Positions 29,074-40,630 of a stretch of DNA of 64,000 bases are shown here, piece by piece (position 1 is the first letter of the stretch; every line of letters begins with the position of its first letter). The position numbers were made by a program, and so were the translations under genes. Under the pieces are notes generated by a model, which was given only the letters and a program-made list of their open reading frames with translations, had not been told where the DNA came from and did not search any database. Source of the stretch: Candidatus Spongiisociaceae bacterium (GTDB taxonomy: Bacteria > Actinomycetota > Acidimicrobiia > Spongiisociales > Spongiisociaceae); assembly GCA_965243165.1 (NCBI GenBank), contig OZ251535.1, forward strand, positions 2,810,797 to 2,874,796, read 5' to 3'.

Positions 29074-31635
29074 CTACGCTAGCCGGGCGGCGAGGGCGGC
29101 CGCCGCCCCTTCGGCCTCCCGCTCCCGCATCATCACCATCGCCCGCAGCCGCTCCAGCTTCTGCGTCAGGGCCTTGGCGGCGTGGGGCATGGGGTGCTCG
29201 GCGAAGTAGGCCTGCACTTCGGCCGCCAACCCCGGTTCGGACAGCGCCGGAAGCCCCTCCACGATCCTCGAGTGGGTCATCGGAGGAATCGAGGACGAAA
29301 GGCGGGGCCATTCTTCGGCAAACCGCGCCCAGGCGTGCGGCCCTGAAACCCGGTTGGCCAACATCCTGGCGATCACCCAGGCAGTGTCCTGGTTGCGGAT
29401 GGTTCCGTCCTCGATCAGGCCGAATGTGCGCTCCACCGCCTCCGGGTCGTCGACGGAGGCCAGCGCCCGCAGGTACTTCATGGCTTCCTGGGGGTTGGAG
29501 GCGCCTTTGCGGCGGGCCAGGAAATCCTCATAGACGCCGGGGCCGCCGCGGGATGCGCACACGAACAGGGCCGCAGTCCCCACCTCCGGATCCACGGCGG
29601 CCGGATCGGCGGCCATCTGATCGAAAACGCGGCGCGCCTGCTCGACGGCTTCCGCCTGGTTGGCCAGGCCGCCCAGAGCCCCGATCAACCGGCCCCGCAG
29701 GCGGCGCACCAGGTCGGATTCGCCCTCCTTCGGAACCCAGCCGAGGCGGTCGGCCGCCGGGGAGGCCAGAGCGGCCGCCCACTCCTCGAAGCGGGGGCGG
29801 ACTTCGTCCGGCGTCAGATGATGCCCGACGGCGCCCGCCCCGTTCAGGACCGCCCCCCACACCGCCTGCTCCGCCTCGCCGCGGAAAGCCTCGGCCAGAC
29901 GGATGAAGGAAGCCGCCCCGGCCTGGCCCGACTCCACGAAGGCCCAGGCGTCGTCCACCAGGGTGAACCTCTCCAAGGGGTCGAGCTCGTCCAGCCGCTC
30001 CACCAGCGCCGAGAGGAGCTGCCCCTCGTACCGGCACCGGTAGAAACCATGGCCGCCGGCGTTGGCCGTCACCCAATCGACCGGGCCGGGCGCCGGGACC
30101 TCCACCCGCCGGCCGTCCAGCAGCACTTCGGCCTCCCAGGGCCGCCCGCCCGCCGACCCCCGCAGCCGGACCGGAACCGACCAGACGGTGCGGTCCGCAG
30201 GATCGGGGATGATCATGAAGCGCCGCTGTTCCAGAGAGACGCCGCTCTCTCCTGCCCGCACCGCCACCTGCGGGAAGCCGCCTTGGAGTATCCAGGTGTC
30301 CATGATCTCCCCCACCGGGCGCCCGGACGCCTCGTCGAGGCTCCGCCACAGGTCGCGGGCCTCGGTGTTGGCGTAGGCGTGGGCGCGCAGGTAGGAACCC
30401 ACCCCCCGGCGGAACGGCTCCTCTCCTATGTACTGCTCGATCATGCGCAGCACCGCCGACCCCTTTCCGTAGGTGAGGGCGTCGAACATCCCCTCGGCCT
30501 CCTCCGGCGACCGCACCTCGTACTCCACCGGGCGGGTGCCGGCCAGCTCGTCCACCTTCAAGGCCCAGGGGCGCTCCACGGCGGCGAATTCCAGCCAGCG
30601 CTTCCATTCGGGCCGGCGGGCGTCGGTGGCCTTCATCTCCATGAAGGTGGCGAAGGCCTCGTTGAGCCAGATGCCGTTCCACCATTTCATCGTCACCAGA
30701 TCCCCGAACCACATGTGGGCCAGCTCGTGGCCGATCACGTCCAGCACCCGCATCTTCTCAGCCGAGGCGGCGGTGGCTTCGTCGACCAGCAGCAGAGACT
30801 CGCGGTAGGTGATGCAGCCCAGGTTCTCCATGGCGCCGAAGGCGAAGTCGGGGACCGCCACCATGTCCACTTTGTCACCGGGGTACGGGATGCCGTAGTA
30901 GGAAGCCAGGTATTCGAGGCAGAAGCGGCTTGCCTCCAAGGCGTAACCCGTCAAATGCGCCTTCCCCTTGGGGGCCGCGATGCGGAGCGGAACCCCGCCG
31001 GCGTCCACCGGTTCGCCAGCCTCGAAGGGGCCCACCACGAAGGCCACCAGGTAGGTGGACATGACCATGGTGTCGGCAAAGGTTACGGCGGTCTTGCCCC
31101 CGCCGGCGGGCGTCCGCGCCGCCTCGGCGCCGTTCGACAGAGCCGCCAAGCCGTCGGGCACCACCAAGGTGACACCGAAGCCGGCCTTGAAGTCGGGTTC
31201 GTCCCAGCAGGGGAAGGCGCGGCGGGCGTCGGTGGCTTCGAACTGGGTGGTGGCGATGACCTGCTCCCGCCCTTCCACATCGGTGAAGGTGGAGCGGTAG
31301 AAACCCCGCAGCTGGTCGTTGAGCACCCCTCGGTAACGGCAGTGCAGCTCCCATTCGCCCTCCGCCAGCGGCTCGGCCGAGGTGAAGACGGCGCGCTGCT
31401 CCTCCTCGCGGTGCTCCACCTCGGCGTCTATCCGCTTGCCGCCGGGGCGGGTGAACCAGGCCTCGTGGATCTCCAGCTCGGCGGCGTTCAACACCACCCG
31501 GCCGACGGGTTCCGACGCTTCCAGGGTCACCGCCGCCTCCCCGGTGAAGGAGGCCTCCTCCAGATCCGGCTCGAGGCGGAGCCGGTAATGGCGGGGGGTC
31601 GGATTGCGGGGCAGGCGGTAGGGGTCGTCGGTCAT
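29074..31635 (-). CDS. pepN: M1 family aminopeptidase N
   Basis: TQFEATDARRAFPCWDEP, GAMEN, HELAH..WLNEAFA zinc motif. Confidence 0.95.
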   Translation of the reverse strand: MTDDPYRLPRNPTPRHYRLRLEPDLEEASFTGEAAVTLEASEPVGRVVLNAAELEIHEAWFTRPGGKRIDAEVEHREEEQRAVFTSAEPLAEGEWELHCRYRGVLNDQLRGFYRSTFTDVEGREQVIATTQFEATDARRAFPCWDEPDFKAGFGVTLVVPDGLAALSNGAEAARTPAGGGKTAVTFADTMVMSTYLVAFVVGPFEAGEPVDAGGVPLRIAAPKGKAHLTGYALEASRFCLEYLASYYGIPYPGDKVDMVAVPDFAFGAMENLGCITYRESLLLVDEATAASAEKMRVLDVIGHELAHMWFGDLVTMKWWNGIWLNEAFATFMEMKATDARRPEWKRWLEFAAVERPWALKVDELAGTRPVEYEVRSPEEAEGMFDALTYGKGSAVLRMIEQYIGEEPFRRGVGSYLRAHAYANTEARDLWRSLDEASGRPVGEIMDTWILQGGFPQVAVRAGESGVSLEQRRFMIIPDPADRTVWSVPVRLRGSAGGRPWEAEVLLDGRRVEVPAPGPVDWVTANAGGHGFYRCRYEGQLLSALVERLDELDPLERFTLVDDAWAFVESGQAGAASFIRLAEAFRGEAEQAVWGAVLNGAGAVGHHLTPDEVRPRFEEWAAALASPAADRLGWVPKEGESDLVRRLRGRLIGALGGLANQAEAVEQARRVFDQMAADPAAVDPEVGTAALFVCASRGGPGVYEDFLARRKGASNPQEAMKYLRALASVDDPEAVERTFGLIEDGTIRNQDTAWVIARMLANRVSGPHAWARFAEEWPRLSSSIPPMTHSRIVEGLPALSEPGLAAEVQAYFAEHPMPHAAKALTQKLERLRAMVMMREREAEGAAAALAARLA

Positions 31636-31775
31636 GTCGGCTCCATCACTCCATCTTTCGGGAACAGTTCATGGCGGCGCCGTAGAATACGATCCACCCG
31701 TATGAGACGCGCAGGCGCCGCCGCCATGTTATGCCCGACCCGCCGGGGCCGACGGAGCGAAGCAGGGGGGCGCCG

Positions 31776-32822
31776 ATGAGAGGGCGGAGCAGTCTGGGTC
31801 CGCTGATGCTCGAACCCATCCTGGTGGCCAAGCCGTGGGGGGGCCGCAGGCTGGCGGCGCTGGGGAAGCGGGCCCCGCCGGGAGGGGCGGCCGAAACCCT
31901 CTACGGCGAGTCCTGGGAGGTGGCCGACCTGGGCGCCCGGGCGCTGGCCGGATCGGAGGAACGCCGCACGCATGCGGCCGCCGGCCCCCATCGGGGCAAG
32001 ACCCTGCGCCGCCTGATCGCCGAGCTGGGTCCGGCCCTGTTGGGCTCGGCCTCCCCCACCCCCGAGGGCGACTTCCCGCTGCTCGTCAAGGTGCTCGACA
32101 CCGCCGAACACCTCTCCATCCAGGTCCACCCCGACGAGGACCGCGCCGCCGCCCGTCCGGGTTGGGCGGCCAAGACCGAATCGTGGTACGTGCTCGAAGC
32201 CGATCCGGGGGCGGTCATCTTCAAGGGGTTCCGTCCGGGCGTGGAAATGGGCGACACGGCGGAGGCGGCGGGCACCCCCGCCCTGGCCGGCCTGATGGAG
32301 CAGACGCCGGTGCGGCGGGGCGACTTCCACCACCTTCCGGCGGGAACGATTCATGCGCTCGGCGCAGGCGTGACCGTGTCCGAGGTGCAGACCCCCTCCG
32401 ACACCACCTTCCGCCTCTACGACTGGACCGAAGAGTACGAACGCCCCCGCCGCCCCCTGCATATCGCCGACGCCCTGGAAGGGCTGTCCCTCGACCCGCC
32501 CGGGGCGCGCTCCCTGCCGGCCATGGAAGGAGAAGGCGCCCGGTTGCTGATCGAAACCCCCCACTACCGAATATGGGAACACCGAACCGGCAAACCCGGA
32601 GGGAAACCCGCAATCGGCGGAGAACCCGAGTTGCGCATCCTGGCGGCGGCAGAAGGCCGCTTCACCGTGGAATCGGAGCAAGCCCCGCCGCTGGATCTCC
32701 CCCGGGGCGCAACCGCGCTCATCCCCGCGGCCGCCGCCCCCGCGACCTCGATAACAGCCTCGGTCCCCTCAGCCCTGCTCGAAATCAGGCTGGGTTCAGC
32801 CCGGCCCGTCCGCTCCGATTGA
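31776..32822 (+). CDS. manA: Class I mannose-6-phosphate isomerase
   Basis: KPWGGRRL, GESWE, FPLLVKVLD..LSIQVHP, KTESWY, GTIHA, EVQ..SDTTFRLYD. Confidence 0.9.
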   Translation: MRGRSSLGPLMLEPILVAKPWGGRRLAALGKRAPPGGAAETLYGESWEVADLGARALAGSEERRTHAAAGPHRGKTLRRLIAELGPALLGSASPTPEGDFPLLVKVLDTAEHLSIQVHPDEDRAAARPGWAAKTESWYVLEADPGAVIFKGFRPGVEMGDTAEAAGTPALAGLMEQTPVRRGDFHHLPAGTIHALGAGVTVSEVQTPSDTTFRLYDWTEEYERPRRPLHIADALEGLSLDPPGARSLPAMEGEGARLLIETPHYRIWEHRTGKPGGKPAIGGEPELRILAAAEGRFTVESEQAPPLDLPRGATALIPAAAAPATSITASVPSALLEIRLGSARPVRSD

Positions 32823-32874
32823 TCCCCGAAGGGAGGGCGGCCTCCTCCTGATCGGACCGCCCCGCGGGGGACAC

Positions 32875-34323
32875 TCAGGCCCGGGGCCTGCCTGGAACGG
32901 TTGATCCGGCGGCGGTCCAGTCGGTGTGGTGGAACTCTCCGCGGGGGCGGTCTACCCGTTCGTAGGTGTGGGCGCCGAAGTAGTCCCGCTGGGCGGAGAC
33001 CAGATTGGTGGGGAGCCGCTCGGAGCGGTAGGCGTCGTAGAAGGCCAGGGCCGAGGAGTAGGCCGGCACGGGAATGCCGATCCCGACCGCGGCGGCCACC
33101 ACCCGGCGCCAGCCCGCCTCCGCCCGGCCCAGGGCTTCGACGAAGAACTCGTCCAGCAGCAGGCTGGGCAGGTCGGCCCGGCGGTCGAAGGCGGCGGCGA
33201 TGTCGTCGAGGAATCCGGCCCTGATGATGCAGCCCTCCCTCCACAGCCGGGCGATCGCCCCGTAGTCCAGCCCCCACCCGTATTCGGCCGCCGCCCCCTT
33301 GAACAGCATGAACCCCTGCGCATATGACACGATCTTCGACGCATACAGGGCGTCGCGGACGGCGTCGACGAAATCCTCCCCGGCGCCGTTGAGCCGCCCG
33401 GCCCTCTCGCCGAGCACTTCGGCCGCCTCGAGGCGGTGATGGAGCATCCCCGAAATCACCCTGGAATGGACCGCCTCGGCCACCAGCGTCATCGGACGGC
33501 CCAGGTCGAGGGAGGAGAGCACCGTCCACTTGCCGGTGCCTTTCTGCCCCGCCACGTCGAGGATCTTCTCCAGGGTCGGCCCCCCCGCCTCGTCGGTGTG
33601 GGCCAAGATGTCGGCGGTTATCTCGATGAGGTAGGAGTCGAGCACCCCCTCGTTCCAGCGGCGGAAAACCTCGGCCATCTCGGGGTAGGTCATGCCCATC
33701 CCCGCCCGCATGAGGTGGTAGGCCTCCGCGATCACCTGCATGTCGCCGTACTCGATGCCGTTGTGGACCATCTTGGTGTAGTGGCCGGCGCCGTCCGGCC
33801 CCACCCATTCGCAGCAGGGCGTTCCGTCCTTGGCCTTGGCGGCGACGGCCTGCAGGATGCCCTTCACCTGGGGCCAGGCGGCCTCGTCGCCGCCGGGCAT
33901 GATGGAGGGTCCGCGCCGGGCGCCTTCCTCCCCCCCCGATATCCCGACGCCCACGAACAGCAACCCGCGCTCCCGAAGCTCGCCGGCGCGGCGGGCGGTG
34001 TCCTCGAAGTGGGAATTGCCCCCGTCGATGATGATGTCACCCTCGGCCAGCAGGGGGGTCAGCCGCCGGATGACGCCGTCCACCGCCTCTCCGGCCTTGA
34101 CCATGATCATGATGCGCCGGGGCGGCTTCAGCGACGCCGCCAGTTCCTCGAGGCTGGATGTTCCTATCACCTCGGCGCCCCGCGCCCGGCAGGCCAGGAA
34201 CTCGGTGGTGCGGGCGGTGGTGCGGTTGTAGACGGCCACCGTGAACCCCCGGTCGGCCATGTTGAGCACCAGGTTCTGGCCCATCACCGCCAGACCGATC
34301 AAACCGATGTCCGCCCCGGCCAC
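32875..34323 (-). CDS. gndA: NADP-dependent 6-phosphogluconate dehydrogenase
   Basis: GLAVMGQNL, SGGEEGA, KMVHNGIEYGDMQ, QRDYFGAHTY. Confidence 0.98.
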   Translation of the reverse strand: MAGADIGLIGLAVMGQNLVLNMADRGFTVAVYNRTTARTTEFLACRARGAEVIGTSSLEELAASLKPPRRIMIMVKAGEAVDGVIRRLTPLLAEGDIIIDGGNSHFEDTARRAGELRERGLLFVGVGISGGEEGARRGPSIMPGGDEAAWPQVKGILQAVAAKAKDGTPCCEWVGPDGAGHYTKMVHNGIEYGDMQVIAEAYHLMRAGMGMTYPEMAEVFRRWNEGVLDSYLIEITADILAHTDEAGGPTLEKILDVAGQKGTGKWTVLSSLDLGRPMTLVAEAVHSRVISGMLHHRLEAAEVLGERAGRLNGAGEDFVDAVRDALYASKIVSYAQGFMLFKGAAAEYGWGLDYGAIARLWREGCIIRAGFLDDIAAAFDRRADLPSLLLDEFFVEALGRAEAGWRRVVAAAVGIGIPVPAYSSALAFYDAYRSERLPTNLVSAQRDYFGAHTYERVDRPRGEFHHTDWTAAGSTVPGRPRA

Positions 34324-34356
34324 TAGATCCGCCGTCCCGGTATGCGGAGGCCGCCT

Positions 34357-35052
34357 CTAATGGGCAGCCTCCCCGCCGCCCGGCGCCAGCACCCAACGCA
34401 GCAGGAGGAACGCCAACCCCGTCCCGACGATCTGCCCGGCCAGGAACACCGGAACCGAGGCGGGGGCGATCCCGTTGTAGGAATCCGAGAACATGCGGGC
34501 GATGGTCACCGCCGGGTTGGCGAAAGCGCCCGAAGAGGCGAAGAAGTGGCCGGCACCGATGAACAACCCCACCGCCGGCGCGGTGTAGGCCAGCCCGAAG
34601 CCGCCTCGGCGGACGGTGAGGAATATCACCGTCATCAACCCCAGCGCCGCGACCGCCTCGCCGACGAACGGCCCGCCGCCGCCCCGGGAGGTCTCCGAGA
34701 TGGAAACGGCGTCGAGGCCGAACATGACGTTGGCCAGCACCGCCCCCAAGAACCCGCCCGCGATCTGCACCGATGCATAGGCAACCCCCTCTCCGGCGGG
34801 CTTCCCGCCCAGCAGTACGTCCATCAGGGTCACGAAGGGGTTCACATGACCGCCGGAGACGGGGCCGAGCGACCAGATCAGCACCATCAGAACGAAGGCG
34901 GTGATCAGCGCGGCGGTGAGCAGCCGCACCCCTGGGTCCTCGCTGAGCCGCTCGGCGGAGATCCCGCCCCCCACGATGGCTGTAAGCAGGAAGGCGGTGC
35001 CGATGAATTCGGAGACCAAGCGCTGTCCGAGTGAATAGGCGGGGGCGTTCAT
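34357..35052 (-). CDS. MIP/aquaporin family channel (AqpS-like, likely arsenite)
   Basis: SEFIGT, SGGHVNPF, FANPAVTIAR; divergent from arsC. Confidence 0.85.
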   Translation of the reverse strand: MNAPAYSLGQRLVSEFIGTAFLLTAIVGGGISAERLSEDPGVRLLTAALITAFVLMVLIWSLGPVSGGHVNPFVTLMDVLLGGKPAGEGVAYASVQIAGGFLGAVLANVMFGLDAVSISETSRGGGGPFVGEAVAALGLMTVIFLTVRRGGFGLAYTAPAVGLFIGAGHFFASSGAFANPAVTIARMFSDSYNGIAPASVPVFLAGQIVGTGLAFLLLRWVLAPGGGEAAH

Positions 35053-35166
35053 CAGCCGCGCAGTATAGGCGCCGGAAAGAGAATCCTACGGCGCCCGAAG
35101 CCCCCTCCCCAAAGCTTTCACCGCCGGTTTACCCCCCGTTTCCCTCCGCCTCTCTACCATGCCCCC

Positions 35167-35613
35167 ATGATCGGCGCCGGCATCGGACAGCCGCCTCCCG
35201 AAGTGTTGTTCGTGTGCGTCCACAACGCGGGGCGGTCCCAGATGGCGGCCGGGTTCCTGCGGCAGTTGGCCGGAGAACGAGTGAGGGTCCGCAGCGCCGG
35301 GTCCATGCCCGCCGACCGGATCGACCCGGCGGTCGTCGAGGTCATGGCGGAGCGGGGCGTGAATCTGGCCGGCGCCGCCCCCGCCGCGCTCTCCGCCGAC
35401 CGGGTTTCGGCCGCCGACGTGGTGGTGACCATGGGTTGCGGCGACGCCTGTCCCGTCTTTCCCGGCCAGCGCCGCCTGGACTGGGAGCTGGACGACCCGG
35501 CGGGCAAGCGCGCCGCCGAGGTGCGTCCGGTGCGCGACGAGATCGAGAAGCGGGTGAGGGGGCTGCTCGCCGACCTGGGCGTCGAAGTCCGGCCCGGAGC
35601 GGAGAGGCGGTAA
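35167..35613 (+). CDS. arsC: Arsenate reductase, LMW-PTP type
   Basis: VLFVCVHNAGRSQMA, TMGCGDACP, DWELDDP. Confidence 0.9.
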   Translation: MIGAGIGQPPPEVLFVCVHNAGRSQMAAGFLRQLAGERVRVRSAGSMPADRIDPAVVEVMAERGVNLAGAAPAALSADRVSAADVVVTMGCGDACPVFPGQRRLDWELDDPAGKRAAEVRPVRDEIEKRVRGLLADLGVEVRPGAERR

Positions 35614-35618
35614 CACGG

Positions 35619-36353
35619 ATGGCTGTCCGGCTCGGCATCGATGTGGGCGGAAGCGGCGTCAAGGGCGCTCCGGTGGACCTGGACGCGGGAACCCTGGTCA
35701 GGAACCGCCTCCGCCTCCAGACGCAGCCTTCACATCCCGAGGCCCTGGCCGCCAAGATAACCAGGCTGGTCGACGAGTTCCCGGAGGCCAAGGGGCCGGT
35801 CGGGTGCGCCCTCCCCGGAGTGGTGGTCTCCGGGCAGGTCCGCTTCGCCCCCCACCTCGACCCCTCCTGGATAGGCCTCGACGCCCCCGCTCTGCTGTCC
35901 GAAAGATGCGGGCGGCCGGTCCGGGTCGTCAACGACGCCGATGCGGCCGGCCTGGCCGAAGCCCGATGGGGCGCGGCGGCGGGCAGGAAGGGGGTGGTCG
36001 TCCTCTTGACCCTTGGAACCGGAATCGGCTCCGCCGTACTGCACAACGGCGAGCTCATCCCCAACACCGAGCTGGGCCACCTGCAAATCGACGGGCGGGA
36101 ACCGGACGACTTCGCGTCCAACCGGGCGAGGAAGAAAGAAGGCCTCTCCTTCGAGGAATGGGCCGGCCGGCTCAACCGCTGCCTGGCCCATCTGGAAGGG
36201 TTGTTCTCGCCGTCCTTGTTCGTGATCGGGGGCGGGATCTCCAAGAAGTTCGGGGAGTTCGGCCCGTATCTACGCGCCCGGGCCGAGATAGCCCCCGCCG
36301 CCCTCCGCAACGACGCCGGCGTCGCGGGCGCCGCCCTGCAGGCCTACCCCTGA
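35619..36353 (+). CDS. ppgK: Polyphosphate glucokinase (ROK family)
   Basis: GIDVGGSGVKGAPVD, NDADAAGLAE, LGTGIGS, PNTELGH. Confidence 0.9.
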   Translation: MAVRLGIDVGGSGVKGAPVDLDAGTLVRNRLRLQTQPSHPEALAAKITRLVDEFPEAKGPVGCALPGVVVSGQVRFAPHLDPSWIGLDAPALLSERCGRPVRVVNDADAAGLAEARWGAAAGRKGVVVLLTLGTGIGSAVLHNGELIPNTELGHLQIDGREPDDFASNRARKKEGLSFEEWAGRLNRCLAHLEGLFSPSLFVIGGGISKKFGEFGPYLRARAEIAPAALRNDAGVAGAALQAYP

Positions 36354-36448
36354 AAGCCCGTCCCCGTTCCGCCGGGCGCCCCCGGCCGGGCAGTCACTGC
36401 ACGATCTGTAAGCGAACCGGCGCGGGCGGAGGGTCGAAGAGGCCGGGG

Positions 36449-37246
36449 TCAGGCCCCGCCGGGGGTGGCCGAGGCGTTCTTGGCGTCCCGCCAAGCGATC
36501 CACTCGTCGAGTCCGGCCATGTCGAAGGCGGGGCCGGTCACTTCCAGGGTGAAATGGGCGGCGCCGGCTTCGAGCCAGTCTTCGGCCTGATCGATGTCGC
36601 CGAGCTGGACGCCGGTAGAACGCTCAACGGCTGAGGGGTCGCGTCCGGCGGCGCGGCACCACTCGTCCAGAATGCGGTTCTTGCGGCGCACGACGGCGGG
36701 GCCGCCGAACCAGTGCCAGATGTCGGCGAAGCGGCCCGCTATGCGCAGCGTGTGCTTCTCGCCTCCGCCCCCGATGAGGATCGGGATGTCCCGCACGGGC
36801 GGCGGGTTGAGCAGGGACAGCCGGCGTTTGATCCGGTAGAGGCCGGAATCCAGGTCGCGCAGGCGGCCGCCGAAGGCGCCGAAGGGGTACTCGTACTCCT
36901 TGTAGTCGCGTTCGGCCCAGCCCGCCCCCAGCCCGAGGATCAGGCGGCCGCCGCTGATGTGGTCCACGGTGCGGGCCATATCGGCCAGCAGGTGGGGGTT
37001 GCGGTAGGAATAACAGCCGACCAGCGGGCCGATCTCCACCCGCTCGGTCGCCTCCGCCCAAGAAGCCAGCATCGTCCAGCACTCGAAGTGCTTGCCGTCC
37101 GCATCTCCTCTCAGCGGGAAGAAGTGGTCCCAGTTGTACACGGCGTCCACCCCCATCTCCTCGGCGCGCACCGCGGCGGCGCGTATGTCCGCATAGCCGC
37201 CGTGCTGGGGCTGGATCTGGACGCCGATTCGGATCGGGCGCGTCAA
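36449..37246 (-). CDS. LLM-class F420-dependent oxidoreductase (paralog of 27567..28343)
   Basis: Same motifs as the paralog; strong RBS AAAGGAGGTG before TTG. Confidence 0.9.
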   Translation of the reverse strand: MTRPIRIGVQIQPQHGGYADIRAAAVRAEEMGVDAVYNWDHFFPLRGDADGKHFECWTMLASWAEATERVEIGPLVGCYSYRNPHLLADMARTVDHISGGRLILGLGAGWAERDYKEYEYPFGAFGGRLRDLDSGLYRIKRRLSLLNPPPVRDIPILIGGGGEKHTLRIAGRFADIWHWFGGPAVVRRKNRILDEWCRAAGRDPSAVERSTGVQLGDIDQAEDWLEAGAAHFTLEVTGPAFDMAGLDEWIAWRDAKNASATPGGA

Positions 37247-37360
37247 ATCTCACCTCCTTTGGATAGTCCGCCGAGTCGAGCGCATCCAAGTTACCGGAAA
37301 GCGAAGCGCGTCGGCCGGGCGGCGGGGAAACGGACCCGGCGGGCAAGAAGGACGGCCCGC

Positions 37361-38750
<1,390 letters not shown>

Positions 38751-38770
<20 letters not shown>

Positions 38771-39056
38771 CGGCGGGCGGCTCGTCCTGCTCCTCGGCGA
38801 TGATCTGCGACTCTCGGACGGCCACCGCCACCCGGCCGTTCTCCGGCCACAGGAACCGCCAGGCTCCGGTGGGAACCGCCCAGAACCGCCGCCCGGTGTC
38901 GATGTCCCGCAGCGACAGGGCGTCGCTGGTGGACTCGGTGCCCGCCGGCACCAGCAAACCCGACCGCGTGGCCGACTCCTCCAAGAGGTGACCCACCCGC
39001 CACCCCGGCAGGATCCGATACCCGTTGGGACTTCGATGTTCGTTCTTGGCAGCCAT
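38751..39056 (-). CDS. Small hypothetical protein, weakly GroES-like
   Basis: TRSGLLVPA and VRESQIIA resemble GroES motifs; overlaps the hflX start. Confidence 0.45.
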
Positions 39057-39141
39057 TCCTTGCCCTGCACCCGCCGGGTCCAGGGTAGCCGCTCGGCGGC
39101 CCTCCCCATCCACCCGCCGGCATATATGTATCCTGCGGGGC

Positions 39142-39236
39142 GGAGGCGAACGAGCGCCTGGTGGGCTCCCTGGTCTTCAAAACCAGTGGGGGTGCGAAAG
39201 TGCCCCGGCGGGTTCGATTCCCGTCCGCCTCCGCCA
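39142..39236 (+). tRNA. selC: tRNA-Sec (anticodon TCA)
   Basis: GGAGGCG...CGCCTCC-G-CCA acceptor, CTGGT-CTTCAAA-ACCAG anticodon arm, long variable arm, GGTTCGATTCC T arm. Confidence 0.95.
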
Positions 39237-39308
39237 AGCCTCCAGCTGTACGTACATCTGGGCGCGCAAGGCCCCGGCTGTCCGCCCGGCCCCGCTACCG
39301 TGGGGGAT

Positions 39309-39719
39309 ATGAGCGACGGACACCGCGGCAGTCCGCTTGATTTGGCGGTGGTCGGCTTGGTCGACGCCCCGCAGAGATGCAGCCTGGAGCAGCTGCGCGG
39401 TTGGGGCGGAGGCCCGAGCGGCGCCTCGGGCGAAACGGTGATCCCCCTGCGGGCGGTGGTCGAACAGACCGGGCTGTCCGCCGCCGCCGACCATGTGAGC
39501 GCGGTGAGCGCGGACGGTTCCTACACCGCTTCCATCCCGCTCTCCGAAGCGCTGGCCAAAGGGGAGATCCGCGTGGGCGGCCCCTCCGAGGGCGGTCCGC
39601 CTATCCGGCTGGAGGTCCCCGGCGGCCTCACCAAGTGCTGGAACGTCAAAGGGCTCGGCCTGCTCCGAGTAACAGAAGGGCCGGAACCGGACAGCCTTCC
39701 CGACGTACTGACCCACTAG
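39309..39719 (+). CDS. Small molybdopterin-oxidoreductase-like (sulfite oxidase fold) protein
   Basis: LAVVGLVDAP, SADGSYTASIPL, GGPPIRLEVPG..CWNVKGL. Confidence 0.55.
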   Translation: MSDGHRGSPLDLAVVGLVDAPQRCSLEQLRGWGGGPSGASGETVIPLRAVVEQTGLSAAADHVSAVSADGSYTASIPLSEALAKGEIRVGGPSEGGPPIRLEVPGGLTKCWNVKGLGLLRVTEGPEPDSLPDVLTH

Positions 39720-39930
39720 CCCTGATTGTTCACGAGAGTGGGGGCGGACAGATAAAATAAGCGCCCGCATCCCTTTGACCTGGGGTGATAACAGTGAGAC
39801 AACTGTCTGATCAGAAAAGTGTGGTTCATCCAATGGGTAAACGCCGCCGGTTCGAGGTTTGGGATGCCCAATCTGGATGAACCGGCGCGGGCGGCGGCCC
39901 GCCCCGCGCGGACATGAACAATCAGAGCTG

Positions 39931-40542
39931 ATGGCCGAAGACGGAGGTGCGGCCTTCGCCCGCCTCTTCTCGCAGCGGCGGGAAGATCTCGGCTTGTCGG
40001 TGGTGGACATCGCCGTGCAGACCGGCCGGCCCATCGAGGTGGTGGTGGGCTGGGAGCAGGGCTTGTCGGCGCCCGGCGCCGAAGACCTCCCGCAGGTGGC
40101 CCAAGCCCTCAAGCTCCCGATTCCCCTGCTCGAGGAGGCCTCGAGGCGGGCGGCCGAGCACCGGCCGCCTCCGGACGAACCGCCGCCGGGGGCGGAGGAC
40201 ACCGGCGCCCCAGAAGTTTCCTTCGAGGAGGCGCCCGCCGCCCTGCCGGACGACAGCTCCGCAGATGTCTTCGCGCCCGACGGCCGGCCCAGCATCTCCT
40301 CCTATCTGGACAGCATCCGCACCCGGGTGCGCGAGGCGGCGGCCCGCAGACGGCGCCGCACTCAGGCGCCGGCCGCCCAACCTTCCTATCTGGAGGACCG
40401 AGACGAGTTGGTTACCTACCGCCTGCGGATGGTGCTGACGGCGGCCGGGGTTGCCGTCCTGGCCCTGGTGCTCCGTTGGTCGCTGGGCGGCCTCGGCTCG
40501 GCTGTCACCGACCTCTGGGAGGCCCTGACCGCCGCCCTGTAA
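39931..40542 (+). CDS. XRE-family HTH protein with C-terminal membrane anchor
   Basis: RREDLGLSVVDIA..VVGWEQG..P; hydrophobic C-terminal helix. Confidence 0.7.
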   Translation: MAEDGGAAFARLFSQRREDLGLSVVDIAVQTGRPIEVVVGWEQGLSAPGAEDLPQVAQALKLPIPLLEEASRRAAEHRPPPDEPPPGAEDTGAPEVSFEEAPAALPDDSSADVFAPDGRPSISSYLDSIRTRVREAAARRRRRTQAPAAQPSYLEDRDELVTYRLRMVLTAAGVAVLALVLRWSLGGLGSAVTDLWEALTAAL

Positions 40543-40630
40543 CCCGCCCTCCCGCCCGGCCCGCAGCCCCAGAAATCCCCGGCCCCGCGCAATGGTTGCC
40601 GGGGCGGCCGGACTTCGGCTAACATCTCCT

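Noticed and set aside
39142-39720. Genomic island integrated at selC
   Set aside because: No integrase, no duplicated tRNA 3' end and no GC shift downstream.
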